Positions 16,188-25,005 of a stretch of 26,275 nt of DNA are shown here, piece by piece. Every line of letters starts with the position of its first letter. Position 1 is the stretch's first letter. The stretch lies in contig JAVSMW010000006.1 in NCBI GenBank assembly GCA_032027005.1, positions 111,268-137,542 on the forward strand, read 5' to 3'. The DNA comes from Thermincola sp. GTDB taxonomy: Bacteria; Bacillota; Thermincolia; Thermincolales; UBA2595. Under the pieces are notes generated by a model. It made no database searches. It worked only from the letters and a program-made list of their open reading frames with translations, and was not told the DNA's origin. Made by a program: the position numbers and the translations under genes.

Positions 16188-16406
16188 AATAAAGTACTCT
16201 GGGAGAGTTCTGATTAAGGGGAGGTGATAAAAACGTTTTTTGTATATGAACACAAAAGTAAACCGGGGGAATCGGAGGGGAGGTGAAAATAAAGAAAAAT
16301 TTTAAGACGATTGACAGGAAGAGGATAAGTTATCTAGGGTTTTGCTTCACACGTTGCGGGAATAATTTGTTTATTTAATTTAAAAAGCAAAGGAGGAGAG
16401 GTTTTA

Positions 16407-16787
16407 ATGTACGAAAAACCGTCAAACCGTTTGGAAATCCATAAAAATTTTACTTTTGGACCTGATCCTGATGAATTGAAAAAGCAGGAAGGCCGGGAGG
16501 TTTACGATGTAATCATCCTGTCGGACTCCATTGATGAGCTTACCAGTCAACAGAATCAGGAAATTACGCTAGCCATCAGGTTGCTTACTCCTAAAGACAG
16601 AAAGATGAGGTACTGCACTAGGACGGTCAGTGCGATGATCAGCAGCGATCCGACCAAATACCGTGATCGTTTGCATGTGCGGTTCCAGCGGGGGTTATTG
16701 CATCCGAAACCCTGGAGTATTGAAATTGTTAAAGAACTTGAGGGCTTGATGAGCTTGGAAGCCGATCACACCATAGCACGTTCTTAA
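16407..16787 (+). CDS. Small protein (126 aa), candidate small carboxylase subunit (AbcD-like by position and size)
   Basis: AGGAGGAG RBS; directly upstream of a UbiD gene followed by an aryl-CoA ligase and ubiX. No sequence comparison possible here. Confidence 0.55.
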   Translation: MYEKPSNRLEIHKNFTFGPDPDELKKQEGREVYDVIILSDSIDELTSQQNQEITLAIRLLTPKDRKMRYCTRTVSAMISSDPTKYRDRLHVRFQRGLLHPKPWSIEIVKELEGLMSLEADHTIARS

Positions 16788-16809
16788 ATATTGATAGAAA
16801 GGAAAGGTG

Positions 16810-18345
16810 ATGTCCAAGATGTATCGTGATTTAAGAGGATATATTGACGCATTGGAAAAAAACAACCAGTTAGTCAGAACCAATAAAGAAGTGGACTGGG
16901 ATCTTGAAGCCGGCGCCATAGCCCGGCTTGGTTACCAGTTAGACTCAAAAGCCATGTTGATGGAAAATATTAAAGATTATCCTGGTTTCCGGTATCTGGG
17001 TGGTGTATTTAGCAACTGGCAGCGGGCAGCGATCGCCATCGGGCTAAATCCTAACGCCTCCCGGCGCGAAATCCAGGATACATATCGCGAAAGGCTGGAC
17101 CATCCGATTAAGCCAATTATTATTGAGGATGCTCCCTGTCAGGAAAATGTCATTACCGATGAAGACGTCAACCTGTTCGACCTGCCGGCCCCCATGGTTC
17201 ACGACGGTGATGGCGGCAGATACCCAACTACCTGGTCTTTTGTAGCCACTCCTTCATATAACACCGACTGGATCAACTGGGGGATGTACCGCCAGATGAT
17301 TCATAACGAAAGGACATTGGGCGGCCTGGTGCTGCCTTCCCAGGATATTGGTATCCAGTATTACGGTGGCTGGGAACCAGCAGGTGAAAAGATGCCCTTT
17401 GCCGCTGTGATTGGCGGTGAGGTATTGACCACTGCTGTGGCTGCCGTTCCCTACGGAGTTGGACGGAGCGAGGTTGATTTCGCCGGGGGCTTGCTCCTGG
17501 AGCCGGTGGAGTTGGTCAAGTGCGTTTCAGTTGACCTTCTGGTCCCGGCCAATGCCGAAATCATTATTGAAGGATATGTCAGCCCGAAAGAACGCTGCTA
17601 TGAAGGGCCTTTCGGAGAGTATACCGGTTACCGGACTTCGCCGCGGATGCCGCGGGTGGCCTACCACGTGACCGCCATTACTTACCGCGATAACGCTATT
17701 ATGCCCTTTTCTAATATGGGCGTGCCGACAGATGAATGCGATATGATCGCCAATACGCTCTGGCGGGCCGACCTGATGCGGGTTCTGGAAGAAAACGGTA
17801 TACCGGTACTTGATGTATCGATGCCGACGGAAATGGTTATGCACTCAGCATTCATTTCCATCAAGAAACCTTACAGCAGTATTCCCAATAAGGTAGCTAA
17901 GCTGATCTTCGGTGAAAAGAATACTGGTCTTTTCCTTCACCAGATTTATGTTTGCGATGAGGATGTTGATGTTCAGGATCTATCTCAGGTTATGCATGTT
18001 TTTGCCACAAAATGGCATCCGAAACGGGGAACGCATTTCTTCGACAAGACGGTCGGCGTGCCGCTGCACCCATTCCTTGACATGGAAGAGAGAACCTGGA
18101 GCAAGGCATCTAAGGTTTGCTTTGACTGCACCTGGCCCAGCGAATGGTCGCCTACGGCGGAAGTCCCGGTCCGCTCCAGCTTCTGGGATATTTACCCAGA
18201 ACGGGTTATAGAAAAGGTCTGCAGCACCTGGAAGGAGTTTGGCCAAGATCAGGATATGCTGTCGGCACTGGCAGATTACAACCGCATCGGTCGTTGGCCT
18301 GGTAGTGAGACTTTTAATAAACCGGTAGTGACCAAGAAAAAGTAG
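16810..18345 (+). CDS. UbiD-family (de)carboxylase, candidate anaerobic benzene carboxylase large subunit (AbcA-like)
   Basis: DWINWGMYRQM, GRSEVDFAGG, AEIIIEG, EGPFGEYTG; neighbouring benzoate-CoA-ligase-type gene and ubiX. Substrate assignment inferred. Start 16810 or 16819. Confidence 0.65.
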   Translation: MSKMYRDLRGYIDALEKNNQLVRTNKEVDWDLEAGAIARLGYQLDSKAMLMENIKDYPGFRYLGGVFSNWQRAAIAIGLNPNASRREIQDTYRERLDHPIKPIIIEDAPCQENVITDEDVNLFDLPAPMVHDGDGGRYPTTWSFVATPSYNTDWINWGMYRQMIHNERTLGGLVLPSQDIGIQYYGGWEPAGEKMPFAAVIGGEVLTTAVAAVPYGVGRSEVDFAGGLLLEPVELVKCVSVDLLVPANAEIIIEGYVSPKERCYEGPFGEYTGYRTSPRMPRVAYHVTAITYRDNAIMPFSNMGVPTDECDMIANTLWRADLMRVLEENGIPVLDVSMPTEMVMHSAFISIKKPYSSIPNKVAKLIFGEKNTGLFLHQIYVCDEDVDVQDLSQVMHVFATKWHPKRGTHFFDKTVGVPLHPFLDMEERTWSKASKVCFDCTWPSEWSPTAEVPVRSSFWDIYPERVIEKVCSTWKEFGQDQDMLSALADYNRIGRWPGSETFNKPVVTKKK

Positions 18346-18469
18346 AATGAAGGGTTAAAAAAAGTATTCATGGTTTCTGGTTGTTAAACATGAGCAGGTA
18401 CAGAAGATGATTTTTAAAATGGAAAACGTAACTTTTGTGCCTGCTCAGACTAATTTTAAAGGTGGTGGA

Positions 18470-20032
18470 ATGATGACCGGGGGTAGCTTGATAATTCCTG
18501 AAAATTATAACGCTGTATCTTTTTTCGTTGACCGTCACCTGGCCGAAGGGCGTGGAGATAAGACGGCAATCTATTACCTGGATCAAAAGATTTCCTACCG
18601 GGAAGTAGCCGAAAATGTCAACAAAACGGGCAATGCCTTTTTAAATCTCGGAATTGAAACGGAGGACAGGATTCTTCTTTTACTTCTGGATTGTCCGGAA
18701 TTTGTTTACAGCTTTTTTGGCGCCATTAAAATCGGAGCTGTTCCTATACCCACCAATACGATGCTTAAGCCTACCGATTACGAATACCTTTTAAAAGACA
18801 GCCGGGCTAAGGCAATTGTTGTCAGTGAGGAACTGATTGAAAATATTAATGAAATTTCCAGCAACTTGCCCTCTGTTGAGCATATTATCGTCGTCGGTCG
18901 GTCGGGGCCGGGACAATTGAGTTTTCATAATCTTATTAAAAATGCCTCTCCGGTATTGAGCTTGGCTCCGACCATCAAGGATGATCCCTGTTTCTGGCTA
19001 TATAGTTCCGGCACCACTGGCTTCCCCAAAGGAGCAGTTCACTTGCAACATGATATGGTTTACTGTGCGGAGAACTATGCCCAAAAAGTTCTTAATATCA
19101 ATGAAGATGATGTGACATTTTCCGTAGCCAAGCTGTTTTTTGCTTACGGCCTGGGTAACGGGCTTTACTTTCCGTTCTCAGTGGGAGCGGCTACAGTTTT
19201 ATCTCCCCAACGTCCACTGCCTGAACATGTTTTTGAAGTTATTGAACGATACCGGCCAACGCTTTTCTTTGGTGTTCCGACTTCGTATTACGCTCTCCTA
19301 CAGTTAGCCGAGAAAGAAAACAAATATGATTTGAGTTCCATCCGTTTATGTGTTTCAGCAGGAGAAGCACTGCCGGAAATTATCTATCAACGCTGGATGG
19401 AAGAATTTGGCCTGGTAATTTTAGACGGTATCGGCTCGACCGAAATATTACACATCTTTATTTCCAACCAGCCCGGAGAGGTAAAACCCGGGAGCAGCGG
19501 CCGTCTGGTCCCTGGCTATGAAGCAAAAATCCTTGATGAGGATGGATGTGAAGTATCAACTGAAGAACAGGGGACCCTTTATATTAAAGGAGACAGCATT
19601 GCTTCTTATTATTGGAATAAACACGAAAAAAGCAAGCAGACTTTTGTTGGCGAATGGATCAATACCGGCGACAGGTATTACCGGGATAAGGATGGATATT
19701 TTTGGTATATGGGACGCGGGGATGATATGATTAAGAGCGGCGGGATTTGGGTGTCTCCGGTCGAGGTGGAAAGCACTTTGCTGCAGCACACGGCTGTTTT
19801 GGAGTGTGCCGTAACCGGGTGGGCCGATTCCGACGGGCTAATCAAACCCAAAGCCTTTGTGGTGCTGAAGCAAAACTCTCACGGAAACCAGGCCTTGGTG
19901 GAGGAGTTGCAGCAATTTGTCAAAAACAAAATTGCTCCGTACAAGTACCCGCGCTGGCTAGAATTTATTGATGAACTTCCGAAAACCGCTACCGGAAAGA
20001 TTCAAAGGTATAAGCTCCGGCAAGGGGGATAG
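18470..20032 (+). CDS. Benzoate-CoA ligase family acyl-CoA synthetase (BzlA-like)
   Basis: LWLYSSGTTGFPKGAVHLQHD-type AMP-binding motif (CFWLYSSGTTGFPKG), GSTEILHIF, YWNKHEKS, TGDRYYRDKDGYFWYMGRGDDMIKSGGIWVSP, PKTATGKIQRYKLR. Start 18470 has a GGTGGTGG RBS; ORF opens at 18407. Confidence 0.85.
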   Translation: MMTGGSLIIPENYNAVSFFVDRHLAEGRGDKTAIYYLDQKISYREVAENVNKTGNAFLNLGIETEDRILLLLLDCPEFVYSFFGAIKIGAVPIPTNTMLKPTDYEYLLKDSRAKAIVVSEELIENINEISSNLPSVEHIIVVGRSGPGQLSFHNLIKNASPVLSLAPTIKDDPCFWLYSSGTTGFPKGAVHLQHDMVYCAENYAQKVLNINEDDVTFSVAKLFFAYGLGNGLYFPFSVGAATVLSPQRPLPEHVFEVIERYRPTLFFGVPTSYYALLQLAEKENKYDLSSIRLCVSAGEALPEIIYQRWMEEFGLVILDGIGSTEILHIFISNQPGEVKPGSSGRLVPGYEAKILDEDGCEVSTEEQGTLYIKGDSIASYYWNKHEKSKQTFVGEWINTGDRYYRDKDGYFWYMGRGDDMIKSGGIWVSPVEVESTLLQHTAVLECAVTGWADSDGLIKPKAFVVLKQNSHGNQALVEELQQFVKNKIAPYKYPRWLEFIDELPKTATGKIQRYKLRQGG

Positions 20033-20087
20033 CTTCTCAAATATTGTTCTATGTAAATACTTGGACAGGAAAATGGAGGGATGAAGA

Positions 20088-20681
20088 ATGAAAAAGCTTG
20101 TTGTGGGGATATCCGGCGCAACAGGTGCCATTTACGGAATCAGACTATTGGAAGTACTACGCGAACTTGAGGTAGAGACGCATCTGGTTGTATCTGAAGG
20201 AGCGGCGCGGACTATCCGGATGGAAACGCAGTATGAATTTTCCGAAGTGACCAAGTTAGCTACACATGTTTATGACATTAAAAATGTCGGAGCTTCCATA
20301 GCAAGCGGATCTTTTCCAATCGATGGTATGGCTATCGTTCCCTGTTCCATTAAAAGTCTTTCGGCTTTGGCTAACTCTTACAATGATAATTTGTTAATTA
20401 GGGCGGCCGATGTTAACCTTAAAGAAAAAAGGAAAGTAGTGGTTATGGTTCGGGAGACGCCGTTGCATGTCGGCCACCTGCGCCTGATGATGCAGGTGGC
20501 CGAAGCCGGCGGGGTTATTCTTCCTCCAATGCCTGCTTTTTACCACCAGCCCCGGAGCCTCCAGGAAATAATTGATCAAACAATAGGGAAAGTTCTGGAT
20601 CAATTTGGTTTAGATGGTAAACTTTTTTCTCGATGGGAAGGCAGCGGAATATTAAGGTCTGTCAGCAAAAAAAGCATTTAG
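20088..20681 (+). CDS. ubiX: UbiX-family flavin prenyltransferase (prFMN synthase)
   Basis: MKKLVVGISGATGAIYGIRLLEVL, VPCSIKSLSALANSYNDNLLIRAADVNLKEKRKVVVMVRETPLHVGHLRLM, PPMPAFYHQP. Confidence 0.95.
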   Translation: MKKLVVGISGATGAIYGIRLLEVLRELEVETHLVVSEGAARTIRMETQYEFSEVTKLATHVYDIKNVGASIASGSFPIDGMAIVPCSIKSLSALANSYNDNLLIRAADVNLKEKRKVVVMVRETPLHVGHLRLMMQVAEAGGVILPPMPAFYHQPRSLQEIIDQTIGKVLDQFGLDGKLFSRWEGSGILRSVSKKSI

Positions 20682-20689
20682 GGAAGTAA

Positions 20690-20732
20690 ACAGGGCCGCT
20701 TTAGAAATCTTTGAATATGTAAGCGGCCCTGT
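20690..20732 (+). terminator. Hairpin downstream of ubiX, probable terminator
   Basis: Perfect 12-bp stem ACAGGGCCGCTT / AAGCGGCCCTGT, followed by TATTTACT (weak T tract). Confidence 0.6.
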
Positions 20733-20784
20733 TATTTACTCGCAGTTAGATGGGGAGGTTAATATTAGACGAGGTGAGGTTAGG

Positions 20785-21816
20785 ATGGATTCTCAGAAAA
20801 AAAGTTTGAGAGCCGTTATTTTCAACCCCGAAGGTGTTTTGTTTACTACTCGGGAAAACAGTAACCCACTGTCGGAGGGAATTCAAGAAGAGCAGCAGTT
20901 GATTTCTCCTTCTAAAATTGACATAAAGCCTGGCGCCGTAGAAAATTTGGTTTTGCTTAATCGAATGGGTTTCAAAATAGGCCTTTTGTTGTTAAGTCAT
21001 CACCGGGATTTTGAGCAGGCTTTAATTCATTTGGGCTTAATTTCCAAAAATATTTTTCTAATTTCCGATGCTAATACTCAAAATTACTATCAAGAAGGTC
21101 ATAAGTTGATCTTATTAATTAAAGAATGTCTGCAACAAATGGAAGTTAAGATTAACGAAACTTTTTACGTGGGAAGTACACCTGATGATTATTGGGCTGG
21201 GCATATTATCGGGATGAAAACATTAGCTATCGGCAATGGCTTAAATAATCAGAATTTGCATCAGAATTTGCCACAGCCGACTAATATTTTTCCGGAAATT
21301 CATGATCTGATAAATTTTATTTACGAGTTAGAAAAAAGTCAGCGTACACTCTTTTTAACCGAAAATATTTATAAGACTTTTCGCGGTTTAAGCTCAAAAT
21401 TCTCAGTTTTTTCAGAACGTTATGGGATTCCTCCCGCTCAAATGGCTGCCATGCAAAAACTTCGCAAGAAAGATGGGGTTGCTATATCTCAACTCGCCAA
21501 AGAGATGGGACTTTTGCTTAGTTCAATTTCCGGTTTGGTTAACAGGATGATTAAGCAAGGATTAATTACAAAAAAGAAGGATGAACGGGATAGCCGGGTT
21601 AGCAAGATTTATGTTACTGAGAAAGGAAGGGAAATCATTGGTAAATTATCTTCTTTTAGCCTGGAGATAGAGAACTATTTTGAAAATTATGTCGACAAGG
21701 AAGATCTTTTATGTTTAAGTAGAAATTTACAGAAAATTACCAGTGTACTGGATACGAAACCATATTTTAACTCTGAATCCAAAACATACACCGAGTTTCG
21801 GGAAGCGAATAATTGA
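20785..21816 (+). CDS. Degenerate HAD-like domain fused to MarR-family DNA-binding domain
   Basis: N-terminus LRAVIFNPEGVLF and FYVGSTPDDYWAGHIIGMKTLAIG (HAD-like); C-terminus QMAAMQKLRKKDGVAISQLAKEMGLLLSSISGLVNRMIKQGLITKKKDERDSRVSKIYVTEKGREI (MarR). Confidence 0.8.
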   Translation: MDSQKKSLRAVIFNPEGVLFTTRENSNPLSEGIQEEQQLISPSKIDIKPGAVENLVLLNRMGFKIGLLLLSHHRDFEQALIHLGLISKNIFLISDANTQNYYQEGHKLILLIKECLQQMEVKINETFYVGSTPDDYWAGHIIGMKTLAIGNGLNNQNLHQNLPQPTNIFPEIHDLINFIYELEKSQRTLFLTENIYKTFRGLSSKFSVFSERYGIPPAQMAAMQKLRKKDGVAISQLAKEMGLLLSSISGLVNRMIKQGLITKKKDERDSRVSKIYVTEKGREIIGKLSSFSLEIENYFENYVDKEDLLCLSRNLQKITSVLDTKPYFNSESKTYTEFREANN

Positions 21817-21884
21817 ATGTGAAGAACCTTAACTTAACCTTAAAAAGATTAATCCATTATATTGGCCAAATCCATTAATATCCA

Positions 21885-21926
21885 GGGTAGTGATTTCAGG
21901 TCAGTGTCAAAATCACTACCCTTTTA
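21885..21926 (+). terminator. Rho-independent terminator
   Basis: GGGTAGTGATTT ... AAATCACTACCC perfect 12-bp stem followed by TTTT. Confidence 0.75.
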
Positions 21927-22011
21927 AATAGATTCATTTGTACTGCATAAGTCCTGAAAAAAATCACGTATATATGACCATCTAAATATTTGGATTGGAA
22001 AATATTATAAT

Positions 22012-23853
22012 CTTGAATTCGGAAAGTAAACTATAGAAATTCAGTATTATCAAGGCTTTAAAACCATTTTTTAGTGTAAAAATATTGACAAAAAAGAGAG
22101 AACACCACTTCTTTTCCGGAATTGTTTAAGTACCCAAACCAAAACATTCCAAAGGATGGTGACCCTCTAAAATGATGGTATCACAACTCATAACCATAAA
22201 TCAATTAGAAAATTTGTCAAGGCAACAAAGGCGTCAACTAGAACGAGAATACGAGAGAAAACTACATTCTGTACAACGCCGGACACGCAATTGTAATCTT
22301 CCGGTTAGTTTCGACAATCTGTCTATTACTGCATTCGGTAACTTCGGTAATTTGGAGGCTTTCAAGCAGGCTATCGATTTTCGAAGTATGTTTAATCGGG
22401 TTCGACTTAATCGTCATCATAACTGCAAATATACTGACGCTGAGTTACTGGACACCATTATTGATGCCATTTCGCTGGGATTATTACGGTTTTCCCACAT
22501 GAATATCCTGCAAAATGATCCCGGATATCAGAAAATCAAAGAGATAAAGCGGATACCGGATGAGAGTACTTTGCGGAATTTTTTGTCTCTGATATGTGAG
22601 CAGAAGGCCTTAGTTCAACTGGCTCTAGTTAATCAAGAACTGCTGTCACTTAAGGCCAAATCTGATGCACCCCGTGAAGTTTGGCTGGATATTGACGACA
22701 GTGTTCTCACAGTTTTCGGAAACCAAGAGGGGTCCGAAGTAGGTTACAATCCCCGTTACCACGGGCGGCCTTCCTACAAAGTAAAGGTAGCCTTTATCGC
22801 TGGAACTTGCGAACTGGTAAATGCCAGATTATACTGTGGGAAAGTAGCCAGCAACGGTCAGTTTATGGATTTCCTTAAAGAGACCTTGGCCATATTAACT
22901 GCCCAGAATATCATTGTAAAAGGCATCCGCATGGATAAAGGCTTCTTTGACGAAGATAACTTTGCCTACCTGGAAGAACAAGGTATCGAGTATGTTTGCA
23001 AAGCCAAGCTAACCAGTACTATGCGTAAGGTCATCAAATATCTGGATGAACAAAACCAGTGGCAGCAGTTGAGTAAACATTATGCTGCAGCAGAAATCAC
23101 TCTTCCCCTGCCGAAATGGTCAAAAGCGCGCAGGTTTGTGTTAATCCGGGAGACCCAGAAGCCACAGGTAATTGATAATCAACTTTGCTTTGACCTGGAA
23201 ACCCATGATTATCAAGTGATAGTAACTTCCAGTGAGGAATACAACCCAGAGGAGGTATGGCACGAATACAACAAGCGCTGTAACATTGAAAATAAAATTG
23301 ATGAACTCAAAGTAGGCTTGGGTTTTGAAAAAATGAGCCAGGAAGAAATGGATAGAAATGTTGCCTTTATGTGGCGGAAAGTACTGTCCTACAACCTGCT
23401 CAATTGGTTTCGACTGGCCTTGTTGGATGGCAAGGATAGTCACGCAGAAGTGCCAACTATCCGGCGCAAAATATTGAATGTACTAGGGAATATAGTTGGT
23501 AGCAACCGTTATCGGCATGTAAAATTAGCCCCAAACCCTTGGTTGCAAAAAGTATTGAAGACTATCAAAGAGAAGTTGCAAATATTCCTCAGCCAACAGG
23601 TCTGGATTGCCGTAAGTTCGGGCTAATACTAAACAAGGACGAAAACCAAAACCCAATAACCACTTTCCCATTCATTTATAGGCGGGGCTTGTTAATTACA
23701 CTCTAAACTCTGGCACTTTTGGGTAATGTAACCATAATACCAATTGCCTGACAAGTCAGGTGTCTAATGAACCAAAAACCGCAGTGCCATATCCTGCAAT
23801 TTTGTATTTTTAAGCCATTAGGTGAAATCCGGGAAGTACTTTCCGATTTCAAG
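22012..23853 (+). mobile_element. IS1380-like insertion sequence (1842 bp)
   Basis: Terminal inverted repeats CTTGAATTCGGAAAGTA (22012-22028) and TACTTTCCGATTTCAAG (23837-23853), 16/17 match; flanked by ATAAT at 22007-22011 and 23854-23858. Confidence 0.85.
22172..23626 (+). CDS. DDE transposase, IS1380 family
   Basis: DIDDSVLTVFGNQEG, YNPRYHGRPSYK, GIRMDKGFFDEDNF, EVWHEYNKRCNIENKIDELKVGLGFEKMSQEEMDRN. Confidence 0.88.
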   Translation: MMVSQLITINQLENLSRQQRRQLEREYERKLHSVQRRTRNCNLPVSFDNLSITAFGNFGNLEAFKQAIDFRSMFNRVRLNRHHNCKYTDAELLDTIIDAISLGLLRFSHMNILQNDPGYQKIKEIKRIPDESTLRNFLSLICEQKALVQLALVNQELLSLKAKSDAPREVWLDIDDSVLTVFGNQEGSEVGYNPRYHGRPSYKVKVAFIAGTCELVNARLYCGKVASNGQFMDFLKETLAILTAQNIIVKGIRMDKGFFDEDNFAYLEEQGIEYVCKAKLTSTMRKVIKYLDEQNQWQQLSKHYAAAEITLPLPKWSKARRFVLIRETQKPQVIDNQLCFDLETHDYQVIVTSSEEYNPEEVWHEYNKRCNIENKIDELKVGLGFEKMSQEEMDRNVAFMWRKVLSYNLLNWFRLALLDGKDSHAEVPTIRRKILNVLGNIVGSNRYRHVKLAPNPWLQKVLKTIKEKLQIFLSQQVWIAVSSG

Positions 23854-24145
23854 ATAATATTATTTCACATTTTTTTGTAAACTAGGATTTTATTTTTCTG
23901 GCATAAGCATTATAATATAGATAAAAGTTTGTATGAAAAATATTGGTAACAAAAGTTTTCCAAACTTTCGAAAAAACAGTATCATTTCCTTAGCCGCAGA
24001 CTATACGAAACTGACCCGTAACCGATTGTGAGGTGCAGATCCAGTCGTGTTAGTAAGAAATTTGGCAGAAACTGTCTTCGGGTGTAATTCCCGGATCTTT
24101 TGTCAAAGTTTGGTATTTCTGAACACTTATTTGGGGGAGTATTTT

Positions 24146-24643
24146 ATGACGAATAACAAAACTTCTAATGAGGCTGCTGCAGTTACTCAACATCTTTTAA
24201 ATGTTTACCGGCAGCTTTATAACAGGTATAATGAATTTGCGGCACAATTTGATCTTACAGCAACCCAGTTGGCATCCCTTGACAAGTTATCGATAAGTGA
24301 TGGGATGACGGTAGGAGAATTGGGCCAAATTATTGGAATTGAACGCAGCAGCGCAACGGGCTTTGTTAATCGAATGGTGGCTAAAAAGCTGATTGTCAAA
24401 TATCAGGATCAAACGGATAAAAGGTTAATGAGGATATACCTGACAACGAACGCCAAAAAAAAATTAGAGGCCAAGAAATCTGAGCAGTATTCATTTTCAA
24501 GAACTATTGGCGCTTACTTGGAAAGCCAGCTAATTTCAGACGAAATTACTCAGTTAAATCTTCTACTCCAGACAGTGGGTACCGCATTGGAGAAATTCTC
24601 TGTGTGGAAGGGTAAGGAAACCGGGGCAAGAGAAGAAAACTAA
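24146..24643 (+). CDS. MarR-family transcriptional regulator
   Basis: ATG 24146 behind GGGGGAG; LTATQLASLDKLSISDGMTVGELGQIIGIERSSATGFVNRMVAKKLIVKYQDQTDKRLMRIYLT. Confidence 0.87.
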   Translation: MTNNKTSNEAAAVTQHLLNVYRQLYNRYNEFAAQFDLTATQLASLDKLSISDGMTVGELGQIIGIERSSATGFVNRMVAKKLIVKYQDQTDKRLMRIYLTTNAKKKLEAKKSEQYSFSRTIGAYLESQLISDEITQLNLLLQTVGTALEKFSVWKGKETGAREEN

Positions 24644-24737
24644 TATATCCAACTGAGTTTGAAACCCCAAAGTGACACTTGACAGGTGCATATAAACCCT
24701 TACTAAAATTTAGAGGCCCCTTACAGGTCAAAATAAA

Positions 24738-24760
24738 GGGCCGTCTTTTCGGCCCATTTT
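24738..24760 (+). terminator. Rho-independent terminator downstream of marR
   Basis: GGGCCG-TCTTTT-CGGCCC followed by ATTTT. Confidence 0.65.
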
Positions 24761-25005
24761 GGCAAATAATATGATTGAACGCAAAACGTCCGGGTTAATT
24801 ACAACCGGCGCCTCTGCGCACTATGCGTCATCTTTTATTATTTAAATATGAATCAACAAGTGTGATCTGCCCAGGTCACGCTTTTTTGTTTGGCCTTACC
24901 CTGCGGGTGAGGTGGTGTAAGATATTACTACATATAGAAGGGAAAATGGCAAATAATGTCGAAGTCACTTAAATTATAAATGCGGATACCAATTTGGAGG
25001 GTGCC

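Noticed and set aside
23928-23941. GTTTGTATGAAAAA upstream of marR as another operator copy
   Set aside because: Only about 10/14 match to the motif in an AT-rich region; too weak to list as a site without a genome-wide background model.
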